Source: the human T2T-CHM13v2.0 reference genome, Homo sapiens. Taken from it: a DNA stretch of 64,000 nt. The notes under the pieces were generated by a model that was not told where the DNA came from, did no database searches, and saw only the letters and a list, made by a program, of their open reading frames with translations. Location of the stretch: the NCBI RefSeq assembly GCF_009914755.1, contig NC_060937.1; one strand, given 5' to 3'. Both the position numbers and the translations under genes were made by a program. Positions 37,732 through 51,760 of this stretch are shown here, in pieces. Position 1 is the first letter of the stretch; each line of letters starts with the position of its first letter.

Positions 37732-40526
37732 CATTTGGCTTAGTCATCATGCTTTCTTCCTCCAACTGAACTCTTGGCAGTTCATGACAAGGAGTAACTT
37801 TGTCACAGTAATATATTAACTAACTAGGTAAACTTGAATTTATCCATTGCACAAACAAATAAGCTTATGTTCAACTTCGGGACCCTGACACATGTTCCTA
37901 CCCAGTGGATTTTGCAAAGTTCACCTTTTCAGTTCTTCTAGGGGCAGCAGAGCTTCTTCAACCCCACTGCAAGTTGACTGACACCCTTCAATACTCTCTT
38001 GACCCTACAGATAATGCTCATCAATTCCTCTATGTAAGTCCTCTTCTGTCCTCACAATTCCCATTCCAGATCTTTCCACCTAGAGATACCCTTTTGTCTT
38101 CCTTCTTGATGTCTCAAAGGTAGGAAAAGTCCTCTCTTCTCCCTCAAAAGCACTTCCTTTCTCCTTTGTTCCAACAAGCCATTTTATTTTTTAACCAGGT
38201 TTGCAGAGGGTCCAGCCAGATGGAGGTAGTCACTACAGCTCAATGAACAGTGAGAAACTGACTGTTGCACGTGGGATTTATGAGAAAACAAAAGCTGATT
38301 TTATATAGTCTTCTGGCACAGGCCATTAAATAGACCAGTTGGCTTCCCTTAGTTATAGTTCCATGTGATCAAGTGAAATTAATGATAAGATATATTTCTT
38401 ATTGTGCACTTAGTTGTTGCAAGTGGGTCACTTGTAAAGTGTTTGTATAATATTTACCTCAATTCCCTACCTTATGGTACAATAAATGGAACCAGTACGT
38501 TCCAAAACAGTTAAGATATAAGAATGCTTTATGCGTAAAAAAATCTTAACAAATTTAAGTAAAAAGAGGATTGGGGAAAAAATGCTAAGGATCTTAAAGT
38601 CCGAAGTAATTCAGTAAGTGGATTAAGCTTATGTACCAGATAAAACACTTTTTTTTTCTTTGTTTAGAAATTCTACTTTTATATGCTATTCCAAGATTTA
38701 ATGGTCTCTATCATAGGCTGGCTGACATTTTTCAAACAATTCTAACAATTTAATAAAATGTTTAGGTGCCACGTACCGTAACCAAAAAATAGCTTTATCC
38801 TAGCCTTTTATTGCGTAAGTGGTATTTCAGAGAAATCTTTTGCCATAAATATCTTGGTTACTATAAAGTTTTAGCAACTCTGTGCATTGTCCATTTCCTG
38901 AGAATGCGTGTTCCATTGAGTTTCTGTCTATGTGTGACTTTCAAGGCTTTTCTTAAGAAACTTTTGACAAATGCAGAAATAAAGGAGACAGAGATAGCAA
39001 TAGAGTTATATTCCCAAAATAAATAATCATTTAGCTTTGGAGAAAGCTCTGTTAGGCTGAATTTATTCTCCTTTTCTCAGCAAACTATTTAATGAAAGTG
39101 GAGAGAAAGGCAAACATAGTTTTTTGTATTCTTATAGAAATTTTGGTAATGCAATCAAGAATTAAGCAATAGAACTCTATGTCAAACTTATTCAGCAGGT
39201 TCCTTCTAAATGTGCAGTAACAGAACTGACCATTAAATGTGCCAAAGACTGTTCAAGGCAGATGTGCTAGGTTGCTGGGCATGGGGGTGTGAACACAATT
39301 CTGCTAAATGAATAAATAAAAACAGGAATAAGATCATGTATTTGCCCACATCTGGCTGTAAATTCCTTCATAAGTAATTACTATACTTCTAACCTCTCTA
39401 ACTTAATAGAGATAAACTGGATGCAATTTCAAGTCATTACTAACCAAGGAGGAACAAAACAAAACCATTTTTATGAGAATCACAAATCGTAGCTGCTTCT
39501 GTGCACATTATGTCACTTTTTCTTTAAATGGTTCATGGATGTTATATGAGTTTTATGCAATTCTTTTAACCCAGTTGCTATGAGCACGCACTGAAATAAA
39601 ATTTCCTTAGAAAGTATACTTCAAACACTAATGGTCTACACTTTACAATTTTTCCATTGGTTCCCTCCTTATATTATTACCTTACTGTAAAGCCATTTCA
39701 CAAGAGCAATAATGCATTGAAAGGTTTTAAATTACAGGATTACATGTTATATTGCTTGAGCAAAGCTCTATTAGTCAGCTTTGCACATTGCAACTTAATT
39801 CTGTATTTTAAATAAGTGGATGCAAGCAATGCAGGACTTTGGAACTTCCCAGACCCTTGAAAAGAAATGAAAATAAATACTTCTCTTCAAACGTATTCGA
39901 AGGAATACAACAACAGACATTTTTGGGTGCCAGGGTTAGTCAGGATTATATTTAAGACAATTGTTTTGCAGTTCATTTCAATTTATTTCATTATTTACTG
40001 CGATAAAATCCCTGGGAGTTTCCCCATATGATTATCATTTAACTGTATTTGTACCTTGAAGAAAAACTAAAATGGAAATTTCTGCAACACAGATAAAAGT
40101 AGATTGACTAAACATTTATTAAATTTCAAATATAATTGGAGAGGTCCTGTTTTAAAAGTGTTCACTAGGAATTTAAGGGTGAACATTTCCAGATTAAATT
40201 GAAAGACTTCAGAGATGGAAAAATAATCAGTTGCCTTTGCTGATTTCTACTGTTGCGTTTCATTTTCTCTCCAGATAATTGGTGTTTCAGAATACACAAG
40301 TCAAGCCCTTTTCTAAACTTTCTAAGGAGTTCTGAAATACTGACAAATACATACTGAAACTGACTTGTTGGAAAACAACAGTATTAGTTTATAGCATGTT
40401 CCATTAACTGCATATATGAGCCTAAAATGGAGACGAGCCCAGGTGTATAGCGATGGGCTCTCCAGGCAGAAAATATTCTCCTTCTATACAAAGGTGGCCA
40501 TTTGTGAATTACATTCATAAGTGTGG

Positions 40527-40554
40527 ACACACACACACACACACACATACACAC
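40527..40554. repeat. (AC)n microsatellite, interrupted
   Basis: AC run with one AT interruption. Confidence 0.9.
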
Positions 40555-43500
40555 CATGCTTATGAATACATGTTTTATGTATGTGATTATCTTGTTCATG
40601 TAAGTGATTGCATAAATGTGTATTCATGGAATATTCATTAAACAAAATCAAGTACTATATATGCATAAAATATTTCATTTTAAAATATTTGAAAAATTAT
40701 ACATTATATTAATACAAATATTTATTTATAAATTTATAAAAGTGCCATAAATAAACCATATACCTTACTAAGTTAATCTATGTAATACTTAGCATAAATG
40801 CATCCTGGATTTTAGGGCAAAATCTTTCTGAAAAAATATCCTCACTAAGAATTATAATTACATTTTGAAATTTCTGTGGTAAGGAGAGGAGTTTTAAAAG
40901 CCTAAATTGAATATAATTTCTAGTATTTTGGTTATATTTCTTTGTATTATGAAAACTGTTTGCCCAACATAAACCTTCAACGTAATGTTAGCCTTGGCTA
41001 TGTGCATGCCAGTCTTTAGAAACAGTCTGCAAGTCAACCTTCAGCCAATGAAATCAGGTAATAAATTCGGAGATTCAAATCTGGCATGCTTTAAAGTGGG
41101 TTTAAAATTCAAGGCTGTGTCAGTTATTTGAATATTGTCTTTTCAAGGCAAATTCTTTAAAAAGTTCAGTGGTTTACTATGCTTCTCTTACTGTGCAAAA
41201 CTTTATAAAACCAACCCTGAAGCTTGAATTTATATTTGTAAGAGTATAGATCCATAGAGAATGGGGTGGGGGAGAGAGAGAGAAAGGAGTGCATAAGTTC
41301 TTTTTTTTATAGTGCACTAAAAGCAAACAAACAAACCCTACACTCTGAATACATCATTTCAAATTGTGTTTTTGCAAGTGGAGTGTTTCATGTTTTGATT
41401 TTAAATTCATTTATGCAACTTGTACAGTATCTAGGAGTAAAAATGTCTCACTTTTTAATTACCGATTTAGAGTAAAAAGGATGTTCCAGAATACCCTGGA
41501 AATGTACCACCGGCTATGTAGGGGGTGTTGGGCTTGAACCTCAGCTCTATCATCATCTGACTTAGTTTCACAGCCTTGGTGGCCTTCTCCGTACTGTGTA
41601 AGTTTAGACCAAAGGATCTCCTCTGCTTATCCAAGTCGAAAATGTAAGATATTATTATACATGTTACCTCAAAACTTGATAGATTTTTATTTGCTCATTC
41701 GCTTAATATCTCTAACTTTAGACTTCTATAAAATGATGTAAATAAATGATTAGTTGATCTAAATGCTTCGTTGTTAAAGGGACTGTAGGAAAGATGAAAC
41801 TTCACCATGGCTTTAGTTATACATTTGCTTATCTCATTGATATCTCTGAAAATATGTGTTACTCTATTAAAACTAAATTATGATTTTTAACTCTCATTTC
41901 CACATGTTTTTTTAATTCACAAAGAGAAAAACACCATAATCAAAGGCCTGATGTTTGTTGACTCTACCTCCACTTTCTTTCCAGAAAAAGAATTGGTGCT
42001 TTGAATACCTTTTGGAATAGTTTAGAATAAATCAGGCCAAATTAAAGAAACTAATTACAGTGATGTTGGATAGGAACTCTTCAACAAGCCTAAAACCTAA
42101 CTAACTGTGAATGTTTAAAAGGCCAGAGTGTTTTTTTAAATCTATTTTTAAAATGAAAGTTCTGTATGTTTTAAGGAACAAAATCAAAGTATGCGAGAAA
42201 CATGCTTATTTTCAAGGTCTTAAAAATGTTTCTTCTTATAGGTCTGGGTAAAGAATCCCTGAAGGAATATACTTTAACAAACAAGGAAATGTCTGTAGAT
42301 GTAGTCACTGTTAATAGAGTCTGTCTTTTGAATTACTTCCTTTGTCTCCAAGCTTCAAACTAATATAACTTCCGCAAAACTACTTTACTGTTTATCTTTT
42401 AATCCTCAGGCCACAGAACTGTAACACTTAGAAGACTCTGTGGAATACGAACACTTCTCTGATTTATCCTCATGAAATTGTTTTCCTGATGAAAGGAGGT
42501 ATGTAAAGAAACCGAAAGAGATTACAGAAACCTATACAAAAACCTACTTTGAAAATGTATATTAATAAATATGAAGCATAACTAAGAAACACATTTCATT
42601 TTTGGAGAAGAAAATCATAAAATACTATGTGATTGTATACTCTCCTCAAAAAGCACATTGAATGCTGTAACTTTTATGAAGATTCTCTCAAATAAACGCA
42701 TACATGCATTCATTCATTCAAATAGTTTTGAACTTCATTAAAAATACATATAAGAAATAATTTTGTCTTCAAAGAGTTGACAGTATATCAAAGTTCATTT
42801 TGATCAATTCTCTACATCTCACAGATATATTCAGCAACATATATATGATTTTAGAAAATTCAAAATGGTGGTGAAAGAAGAATAAAATTCAAAAACAGGA
42901 GAGTAGATAGTGTTATTTCTACAATGTGTGTGTGTTTTTTTCCTGCAGTGTTCTTCAGAAGAATACAGAATGGATATCTCTTTGTTGGAGAACAACCGTA
43001 TTTTTGTTTTAAAATGATATTAAAATAAATACATTTACTTCAAGTAAGGATTATTGTTTCAGTTCATAGTAGTTTTCTATGATATGGAGGTGGGGGGCAA
43101 TATTTAAACATGATTAAACAATATATAGAGAACATTTTATAAAACATTTATTTTAATATTAATGATACTGATAATAGCAATCCACTTTGAAATGAAAATA
43201 ATAAATAATTCAGGAAAATAATTTTGGAAAAGCAATATATACATTCTAATAATTTTAGGAAAAACAATATATAAAGTCTGATTATTTATTGAAGCATGGC
43301 TTTTTGGGATCTTGTATTAGCATTCTGTTACAATTCTAAGCTCTTTTATAGAAGTTTTTTATTCAACCTTACATGATAAGGATCTAACAAGTCCAAGTGA
43401 ACTTTTTCACTTCCTTTCAATGAAGTAAAATAAAAGATGTTGCTAGACTACTCACATAGGTATTTTTTTCTTATCATTTGATTACCAGGAGATCTAAGAT

Positions 43501-45899
43501 AAACAGAGTATGAGACCATGAACACAACACTAATTTCTGTTGGTGTTCTTATATCATTATGGCAAGATGTTGTTTAAAGTAATCCTACAATCCAGAATAT
43601 TTTGCAATCACCCAAACAGCTACAGATTATGTAAAATATATATACATAACTTTATTCAGCTTATAAAGGGTAGGAATCTGTGGGGTGTTTATGTGCATGC
43701 AGCAAAGTAGAAGAAAGCAGCAGCATAAGGTAGCTGGCTTCCTTGGAGACTCAACATGAAAAGAAACAGGAAATCAGTGTAAATATGATTCATCCTCTTG
43801 ACACTGAGCTCAGTAGCTCTGAATCCCTTTTTGCCTTTCTTTTAGCCCTAGCTCTTTTTAAGTTCTATTAGGTCTTTTTCTCTCTCCCCTCCGTAGCACA
43901 GAAACTGTGAGCTTGGAAACAGGGCTTGAAAATTGTGCTTGCAAGTAAGAATTTGTAGCAATTCCTTTCCCTTTGGGTGACTTCAATATCTGGTAGACTC
44001 ATGGAGTATTAGAGTTGAAAGGGGCATTACAGATTTTTTTCCTCACCTCTGTTATAGATGAGGAAATGAAAGCATAGAGACTAACTTCTCTGAGATGAAA
44101 TATTCAGAGATCATTGAATGATGTATTTTATATAGATGACATAAGGTAAAAATTATCTGAATTCCCTTTAAGATAATTGAAGCAAAGACAAATTCAGATA
44201 TATTCTCAATCCCGTATTTTAAATTATATGTTGACATCCTTTTGAAAGTACCTTTGAACTCTGCTCAATGTTTCTCACAATTCACCCAGATCACTACTGT
44301 GCAAAAGGCTAATAACAAATACCTAAAATAGACTAGATTTAGACCACTAGCTTATTCAATCCAGATGGCCATTAATAGGGGGAAGAAAACTTCCCCTGGA
44401 GACACTTTAAACCAAATCTGAAGGAACTATCTGCTTAACTCAATATTAAAATGTATTCATAAAACACACCTTTTATTTAAGTCAAAATATCTCTTCAGAA
44501 TCTGTGAGATCAAAAGGGCCAATTGGATATTCTAAAAGATCAGCTAAAAAGGAGGATCTGGTGAGTTTAAAATCAAATACTCTAATAAAATGTATGTGAA
44601 TACAATAAAAATATAGCTCTGAGTCTAAGAGCTGTATATGTAATTTATTCATATAACTTGGATCCCGTTGTGTTAATGGCTGATTGCGATCAAGATTTGA
44701 CCGAACTTTACCAACCTGTACTTTGTGTTTTTAAGCTGATGCCATTGTACATATCTTTTCAAAACTACAGAATATTATTTCCATTCCTATTCCTTAGTGA
44801 GCTCTCTAAAGCATGAAGAAGAATAGAAATTTGCTTATCGTCTTATTCAAATAAAGAGCTAAACACAATAAGGGAAGCTTAACGAAGGAAGGAAAACCCA
44901 TATGCACACATACACCTAATAAAGTGTGCATTCAGCAAATAGTTACAAACTTTTAAACAAGCAATAGAAAGTACATACAAAAGATAACAAAACCTTATTT
45001 TCTGCTGCTCATTAAACTGAAACTACTTGCAGATGAAGTTTTCTTTAAAAATAAAGTCTGTTCCTACTTTCCCTTATTTCAATTGCCTACCTTATAAACT
45101 GAACACCAGCTAATAAAACACACTTCACTTGTTGAAACTTTTATCCACTCATTTGATGGTTTATGTTGATGTCAACTTAGTCAAGTTAGACATAGCAACA
45201 ACTTTTGCTCAATTTATTCTTCATGTGTAAACAAGCATACATTTTAAAATGGCCTGCCACGAAACTGGGCCTTTGAGAATATGTTGCTTGTAAAATTGGT
45301 ACACACTTGCCTTACATATATTTTACTGATGCAAGATATTAAGGACTAAAATTGTCTTTTCCATTTTTTACCATCTTTGAGAAGCCTGAGCCAAATGACT
45401 CACCATATTCTAGAAACATTTTATATTTCAAATCCTTTTTGAAACATAACCACTAATGAGTTATTTGATTATCATAATCAGAAACACTAATCACTACAGT
45501 CTTGATGAAAATCCAGATATTATCTCAAGAGGGCTCTGGTCGAATAAATGTGTTGACATGCTATTTGTTTTTATGATAGTTATTCAGTGACTCAGTGTAA
45601 AATAAGTTTATGGAAAAGAAGTGGCAAATACTTGGTGTGAGAATCAGATACAAATAGAACATACGCAAGACAGAATCTGCCATAAGTTTTCTTTTAAATC
45701 TACTAAAAGATAAAGAGATACATGAATATTCCCTTACTAAAATGCCTCAGAGTAATAATGCTCCTTATTAATATAAACAGTTCTGCAAGTTTAAGGTGTC
45801 ATGTTTTCATTTTAACATCATGTATATGATAAACTATTAAGGACAGCTCCCTCTGCTATACCCAAATCCCCTGAAGAGACATCCCTACATACAGGACAT

Positions 45900-46420
45900 A
45901 ATCACCTCTCTCTCATTCCCTCTCCCCTACAAAACAGGTACATTAGGAAAATGATATGTCTTAGGTGTCCAGAAAAGGAAAATTGGGGGTGACTGACCAG
46001 TGTCATGAACTGTGTATGGTTATGTTCGAGGATGATTGGTTCCTTCCCAGGGATTTTGTGAACATTTAAGCTAAGAGGAAATGAAGAGGGTCTCAGTTGG
46101 TGATTGAGATGGAAATTGAGGGGCTAGAGTATAACAGAATCCAACTGTAGCCATGTACAAGTTGCGAAGATACAGTCTAAAGTAAACAGATGTTTTGAGT
46201 AATGTGCAAGTACAAAATAGAGAGGAAGAGAGAGGGGAGAGGAAGAGAGGGAGAGAGAGGCACAGAGAAAAATTGCCTTATTTATCATTTTGCCTCCATT
46301 TTAGATAAAGACTTTAGTGTTCATTTGTTTCTCCTTGGTTTCCACGAGATCGCTATTTTAATTTAGCTAGTGTAAGTGAATTTTTGCTTCTTATAACCAG
46401 AAGTGTGTTCAACATTGACT
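45900..46420 (+). mobile_element. Possible old ERVL LTR (LTR16-like) with internal GA-rich tract
   Basis: 3'-end-like ttagctagtgtaagtgaatttttgcttcttataaccagaag; weak similarity only. Confidence 0.35.
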
Positions 46421-49400
46421 TTTATAATTGTAACATTATACATTATTAAGACTCTCTTTTTAAACTGGTAGGAGACTTAGCACTTTATTATTGTTTTTGA
46501 TGGTAAGAGCAAGAAAAGAGAAACAAACTTTCAAATTCAGTATTACTTAGGCAAAAATAAAATGAATGTATCTTAATTTACCATTTTAACAGCTTTTATA
46601 ATCATGGTAGCAATAAATTTTACTAATTTTTTCCTCTTGTAAAAAAATAGAGAAGTAGAGTATGTACTCATAAATAAAATAGACCCACTATTTTATATTA
46701 TTATGATAAGGTTACTAAGTACTCCCCACATATCAAATGCATTTAAATCTAAGTAATAATACAACTTTATTACTTCTTTTGTAAAAGATTTATGATGATA
46801 TTTTTTGATCATGGCAAAATAAATTTACTTATAATTAATTGAACTCTTACTTGTGCTTTCAACCTTTGGTTTTCCACTTATTTCTGTCATCATGCACTTT
46901 GGAAGGAGTATTCTGCACCATCTATTTTCAACCTACTTAATTCTGTTATGCTTCAGCTTTGCTAACACTTGACAAAAATTACTCTTGGAAAGCCATCATT
47001 CTTTTTTTCTTCCAGAATGCTAATCTCTCCCCTCCTGTATGTCTCTGTTCATTTCACTATCCTTTACTGTTCCTTTCCTGTTGGAAACATACTTCACGTT
47101 GGTGTTTCTCAAGTCTATATTATTGGTTATTTTATCTTCTCACTATTTAGTATTTCTCTGGGGAACTTCATACAATTCTGTGCATTCAGTTGTCTGCAAT
47201 ATATATCTAAGTGATGACATCCAAAGTTACTGCTTCAGGACTAATTGTTCTATGCTTCATCCCAAACAAACAAAATATTTTTTGCTAAATATTTCAGCTG
47301 AGATTTCTTCAGGCATCTTAAAACAAACTTGTCCAAAATTCAAGCTTACACCTTCCTTACTCAATCCTCTTTCCCCTTGGCATCTGAAGCAAATATAACT
47401 TCTTTAACATTCATTCATCTGTATGCTAATTGTGTGCATGTTTTTGTCTATTTCTTCCTTGATGTCTTCTGTGCTATGCATAGTGTCTGACAGGTAATAG
47501 ATTCTTAAAACTGTTTTGAAATAAGCTCAGTATTTTCAATTTCAAATTCTGCTGTGGAACCACACATTACATTGCCATTCATAGAGCTACAAAAATTTGC
47601 TATGGCTAATTGGAGAAACTGAATATTTGGAATTGTTTAGTTCAGAGAGTTTGCACGGAGGCACAGTCCTCAGAGTGTTGTAATGGAAAAAAGGACTGTA
47701 TTCAGTGTAAAACCATGAGCAAGTGATAAAACACTTAGGCCTCAATCTCCCTATGGGGATAAAAAACCCTCTTCTGCCTGTCAAGGAAGGTGGACAAGAA
47801 ACTCAAATGAGATAATTAGATGTGAAATAATTAGAAAAGTATGAGGGACTAAACAAAGTCAGTTTCAGTTAATATTAAAATTTAAAATTATATATATTAT
47901 TCGTATTTCTTATTCGGTTTTTAAACTATCCTGATGTTCATTTTTCAAAATAGAAGATTAGGGTAATGTTTTTTTTAACATCCTTACATTCTTGAAATAT
48001 ATCCATGTAACCAATAACAAGTTTACCCCTACAATAACCTGAATAATATGCTATCTGCTCCCCTTACAGATACTGTTCCAAGAATAAGCACTGGCATACT
48101 ATTGTTCAGAAAAACTGATACTTGATATCTAAACACTGTTTGTATTTACATGTAAGAGATATGACTTAATAAACCCACACATTTTAAGACATGTACTTTT
48201 AACTTTTGCTGGGGAATGATAGGATTAGACAGATTTTTCCTATGCATTTTTAAAGAAGATATGCAGAATAAGAATGAAAGAAAGTATCCCAAAATTGAAT
48301 AGGTTTCCAGGTAAAAAAGGAAAAGCTTAACTGTATTCTGACTGTCACTAAACCTCAGGACCCTTATCACAACTTTCTGAAAATTCCTGAGCTGTAGCAT
48401 TAATCCCCTTGAAAGGGAGACACTCAATTTACAGTGTATTTTGCATGTCCCTAAACAAGTCTTGAATGATGGATTTCACTGTCTGACTGAGGTGGTTTAC
48501 CTCAGCACATAATTTCTTATATTAATAACCTTCCCCACCAGAGTGAATGACCTTCTATAAATATAATTCCTCCATTCAATCAAAAAATTAAAGCCTGTAA
48601 CCACCTCACAATTCATCATCTTTTCACAGGCAATTGTTGAGGCAAAAACAAACACAAAACCCCAATCCTCAAGCCATGTAATGTAAAATTATGCAGTTTT
48701 CTGCATTTATGTAACATGGATATATTGAAAATTACATAGCATTTCATACTCCAAATCAATTATATCGTGTGAATTCCTGTTTCCAGTGAGCTATAATTTT
48801 CAGAGAAAAAGATATGTGTATACTCCTTTCCAAAATCAAAGGTATCCTAAAACAATAGCTTCCTGAATGTTTGTATATTTTCAAACCATCTTTTAAAAAC
48901 TGCTTCTTCCTATGAATGTCTCTGAAATTATAGTAAAACCAGATTACAGATTTATCCTCAAAATCTGCAACACTACCATTTACATAAAACTATCTTAGAG
49001 TGAATCTCAGAATTTAGGAATGAAGGTTTCTTCTTTGACTGAAGATGATCAATGCTTATACTGAATTTCATAATGCATAAAGATCCTAAAATATATACTT
49101 AACCTCATAGAAGTTCTTTTTCCCTCTTGCAAAAATCTCTACCTACAAGACTGAATCTAAGAGCAGATAACTGAGTTGTGTCAGAGAATCCCCTGGTAAA
49201 TCAGAAGATTCAAGACAAAAGACTTCAGATAATTGGTATACTGTCAAAATAAATAAATTATAAATATTGAATAGCATTTTAAAATGCAATATATTTAACT
49301 ACCTTTAATTATGGGAACTATGCAAGCAGACATTGTATTTACGTGAGAGAAAGGGTATTTTTAAAAAACCGAAAAAGCAAAGTTAGATTTAGTATAGCTC

Positions 49401-51539
49401 TCTGTGTAAGTTAGGCAACTCAGTCATCGTGAGCATGTTCTGTTGCCTTATCCAGTTGACAAAACTAGAGTGAAGGGTTGTATTTTTTGCATATGGTCCT
49501 TTGATAAGCCATCTTTATTTTACCAGGAATATATAAAGTCAAAGCCAATTTCAGCGGAAGTCCTAACGGATCTAAAATTTGCCACATGAATACACACACA
49601 CATATGTCATGAATATATGCTTTGCATAAAGCAGGAGAAAAGCACATATTCAAACTTCACTGGGAGCATAAAAAAAGACTAATACACAGGATTTATGTCT
49701 CAGAATATCAGACCTCAAGGGAGGACCACGTATACAAAAAGTAGTTTAATAAAAGGGGAATTGTTATCTGACTGCTTCCTATTTTGAGTACAGCGGGGCT
49801 GAGGTGAGAGGTTAGCAAAACTTCTGGATAAATATACAAAACGATTCTAAGAGTAATAGTTTCAACAGTCATTTAAACTGTCCTGAAATGTATTCAAGTC
49901 ATTAGTAGCTGATTTCACATAGCTAATCAATTTGTAGAACAATTAAGGTCAATTTACTGTTCAATTTAAGGTCAATATCACTGCTGAAAGAACAAAAAAA
50001 GTTTATGAAAACTTTGTCAACTATTCCCTGAGATGACTTGTGACTTAGGTTAACTTATCTCATTTGTAGGTAATGTCAATATTTATTTTCATAAAGATAA
50101 ACCAGATTATGTCTTCAATTTATTATATTCATGTATCAGAAAATGCTCCTAACTGAAACTAGTAGTCAATCTTGTGATTGACTGTGAATTGATTAAACAA
50201 TTGTGTGGGAAACAAGTATAATACAAATGTACTTCATCAAAAATTATTAATATTTTATAAAAATGTTTGATATTATATAAAATACATATCTAGCTGTAAA
50301 TGTCATGTTCTATTTGGAATTATTAAAAATTGATCAGTTATTTCTTCTTCAATACCAGGAGAAGTATTTCCCTGCTTTATTTTTATGCAAACTTTCCCTT
50401 CCTAACCTGGGAATAAGACAACTGTAGTACACTTTGCTTCCAAATGGACAGGAGAGCTAACTCAAGGAATGCTAATAGACATTTTGTATCTTTAATTTTC
50501 ACGATTCTACAAATGTGTAGGAGTAAAGTAATAGGACAAACTTATTCCAACAACTCACCCAGAAGTAACTTCCTTATGTTCATAGCCTCCCTGGGCTTTT
50601 GGCTTGAATAACTTTGTTGGTGAATAAACATTGCTACTGCTTCATGCTTGGAAAGTTGTGAATGTAATTGTCTGTCAATGATATGATGATTTATAATGCT
50701 ATCTGTTCCTATTGCTACTACTGCAGATAACTCTAATTTGCTGCTATTATATTAGAAATGAGGAGCTTATTCTTTTTCAGTTTTAGAGTTAAGTTTTTCT
50801 TCAGATGATAGAGCCAACCACAACTTGTATACAACTTGGAAAAATGATAATGCTATCAAGTTTAGCTACTTTTTCCAACTCATTCATTTTTTTCATCTTT
50901 AAAAGAAAACTCATTATATTATTAATTTTTTAGAAACCAATACACTTTAGAAGTGTGTTTTTTCACTTTGTATTTACATATTATTAAATATTTAGTTTTA
51001 TCTTATCACAAGAGTTTGAAAGGGATGAGAATATTTATACGTAAGTCAAAAACTGAAAATAAAACACGGTTAACATAGCATGATTCAGATAACTAAAAAC
51101 TATGTATAATTTGATAAAAACTAAATACTTGGTGAGTATATAATCACATAATTATAGGCTCACCATTTGAATAAGGGGAAACTGGATAATTAATAATTTA
51201 ATAATTTTCACAGAATTAATTTATAAACTGCTGCACCTGGCTAGTACACATAAACAGTTTTATAATTGACACACATTTCATAGCTAATTATATGCACCAA
51301 ATCTTGACTATATAGAAAAAGTAAAATGAGAAAAACACAGATCATCTTCTAGTTGTATACATAATTATATGTAAACCCTGTTTCATAACAGAGTTCTTTC
51401 TAAAAATTTTGTATTCAAACATTTTTAATCTGTAAATTGAATTATAAAGACTTTATCTTAAGCAAGACAATTAAAATATCTAATTTATATAATTCTGGCT
51501 TTTAAAATATCCAGTTTAAAATAAAAAATCTATCATCAT

Positions 51540-51760
51540 AGGTAACATTGATAACTATGTGCCAGACATAGCTATAGGTAACTCAGATATACTCTTATTT
51601 TTGTTCTTTATAACTACCCAATACAATGTATACAACCACCAACGTCTTAATTTTAATAGATAAGGAAACTGAAGCATAGAATGATTAAGTAATTTGCTTA
51701 ATGTCACAAAGCCAATTGGTTAAAAAGCCCAGATGTGAATTCCCTGGCAGGGTTAGAGGG
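51540..51760 (-). mobile_element. MIR
   Basis: ttttaatagataaggaaactgaagcatagaatgattaagtaatttgcttaatgtcaca. Confidence 0.75.
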
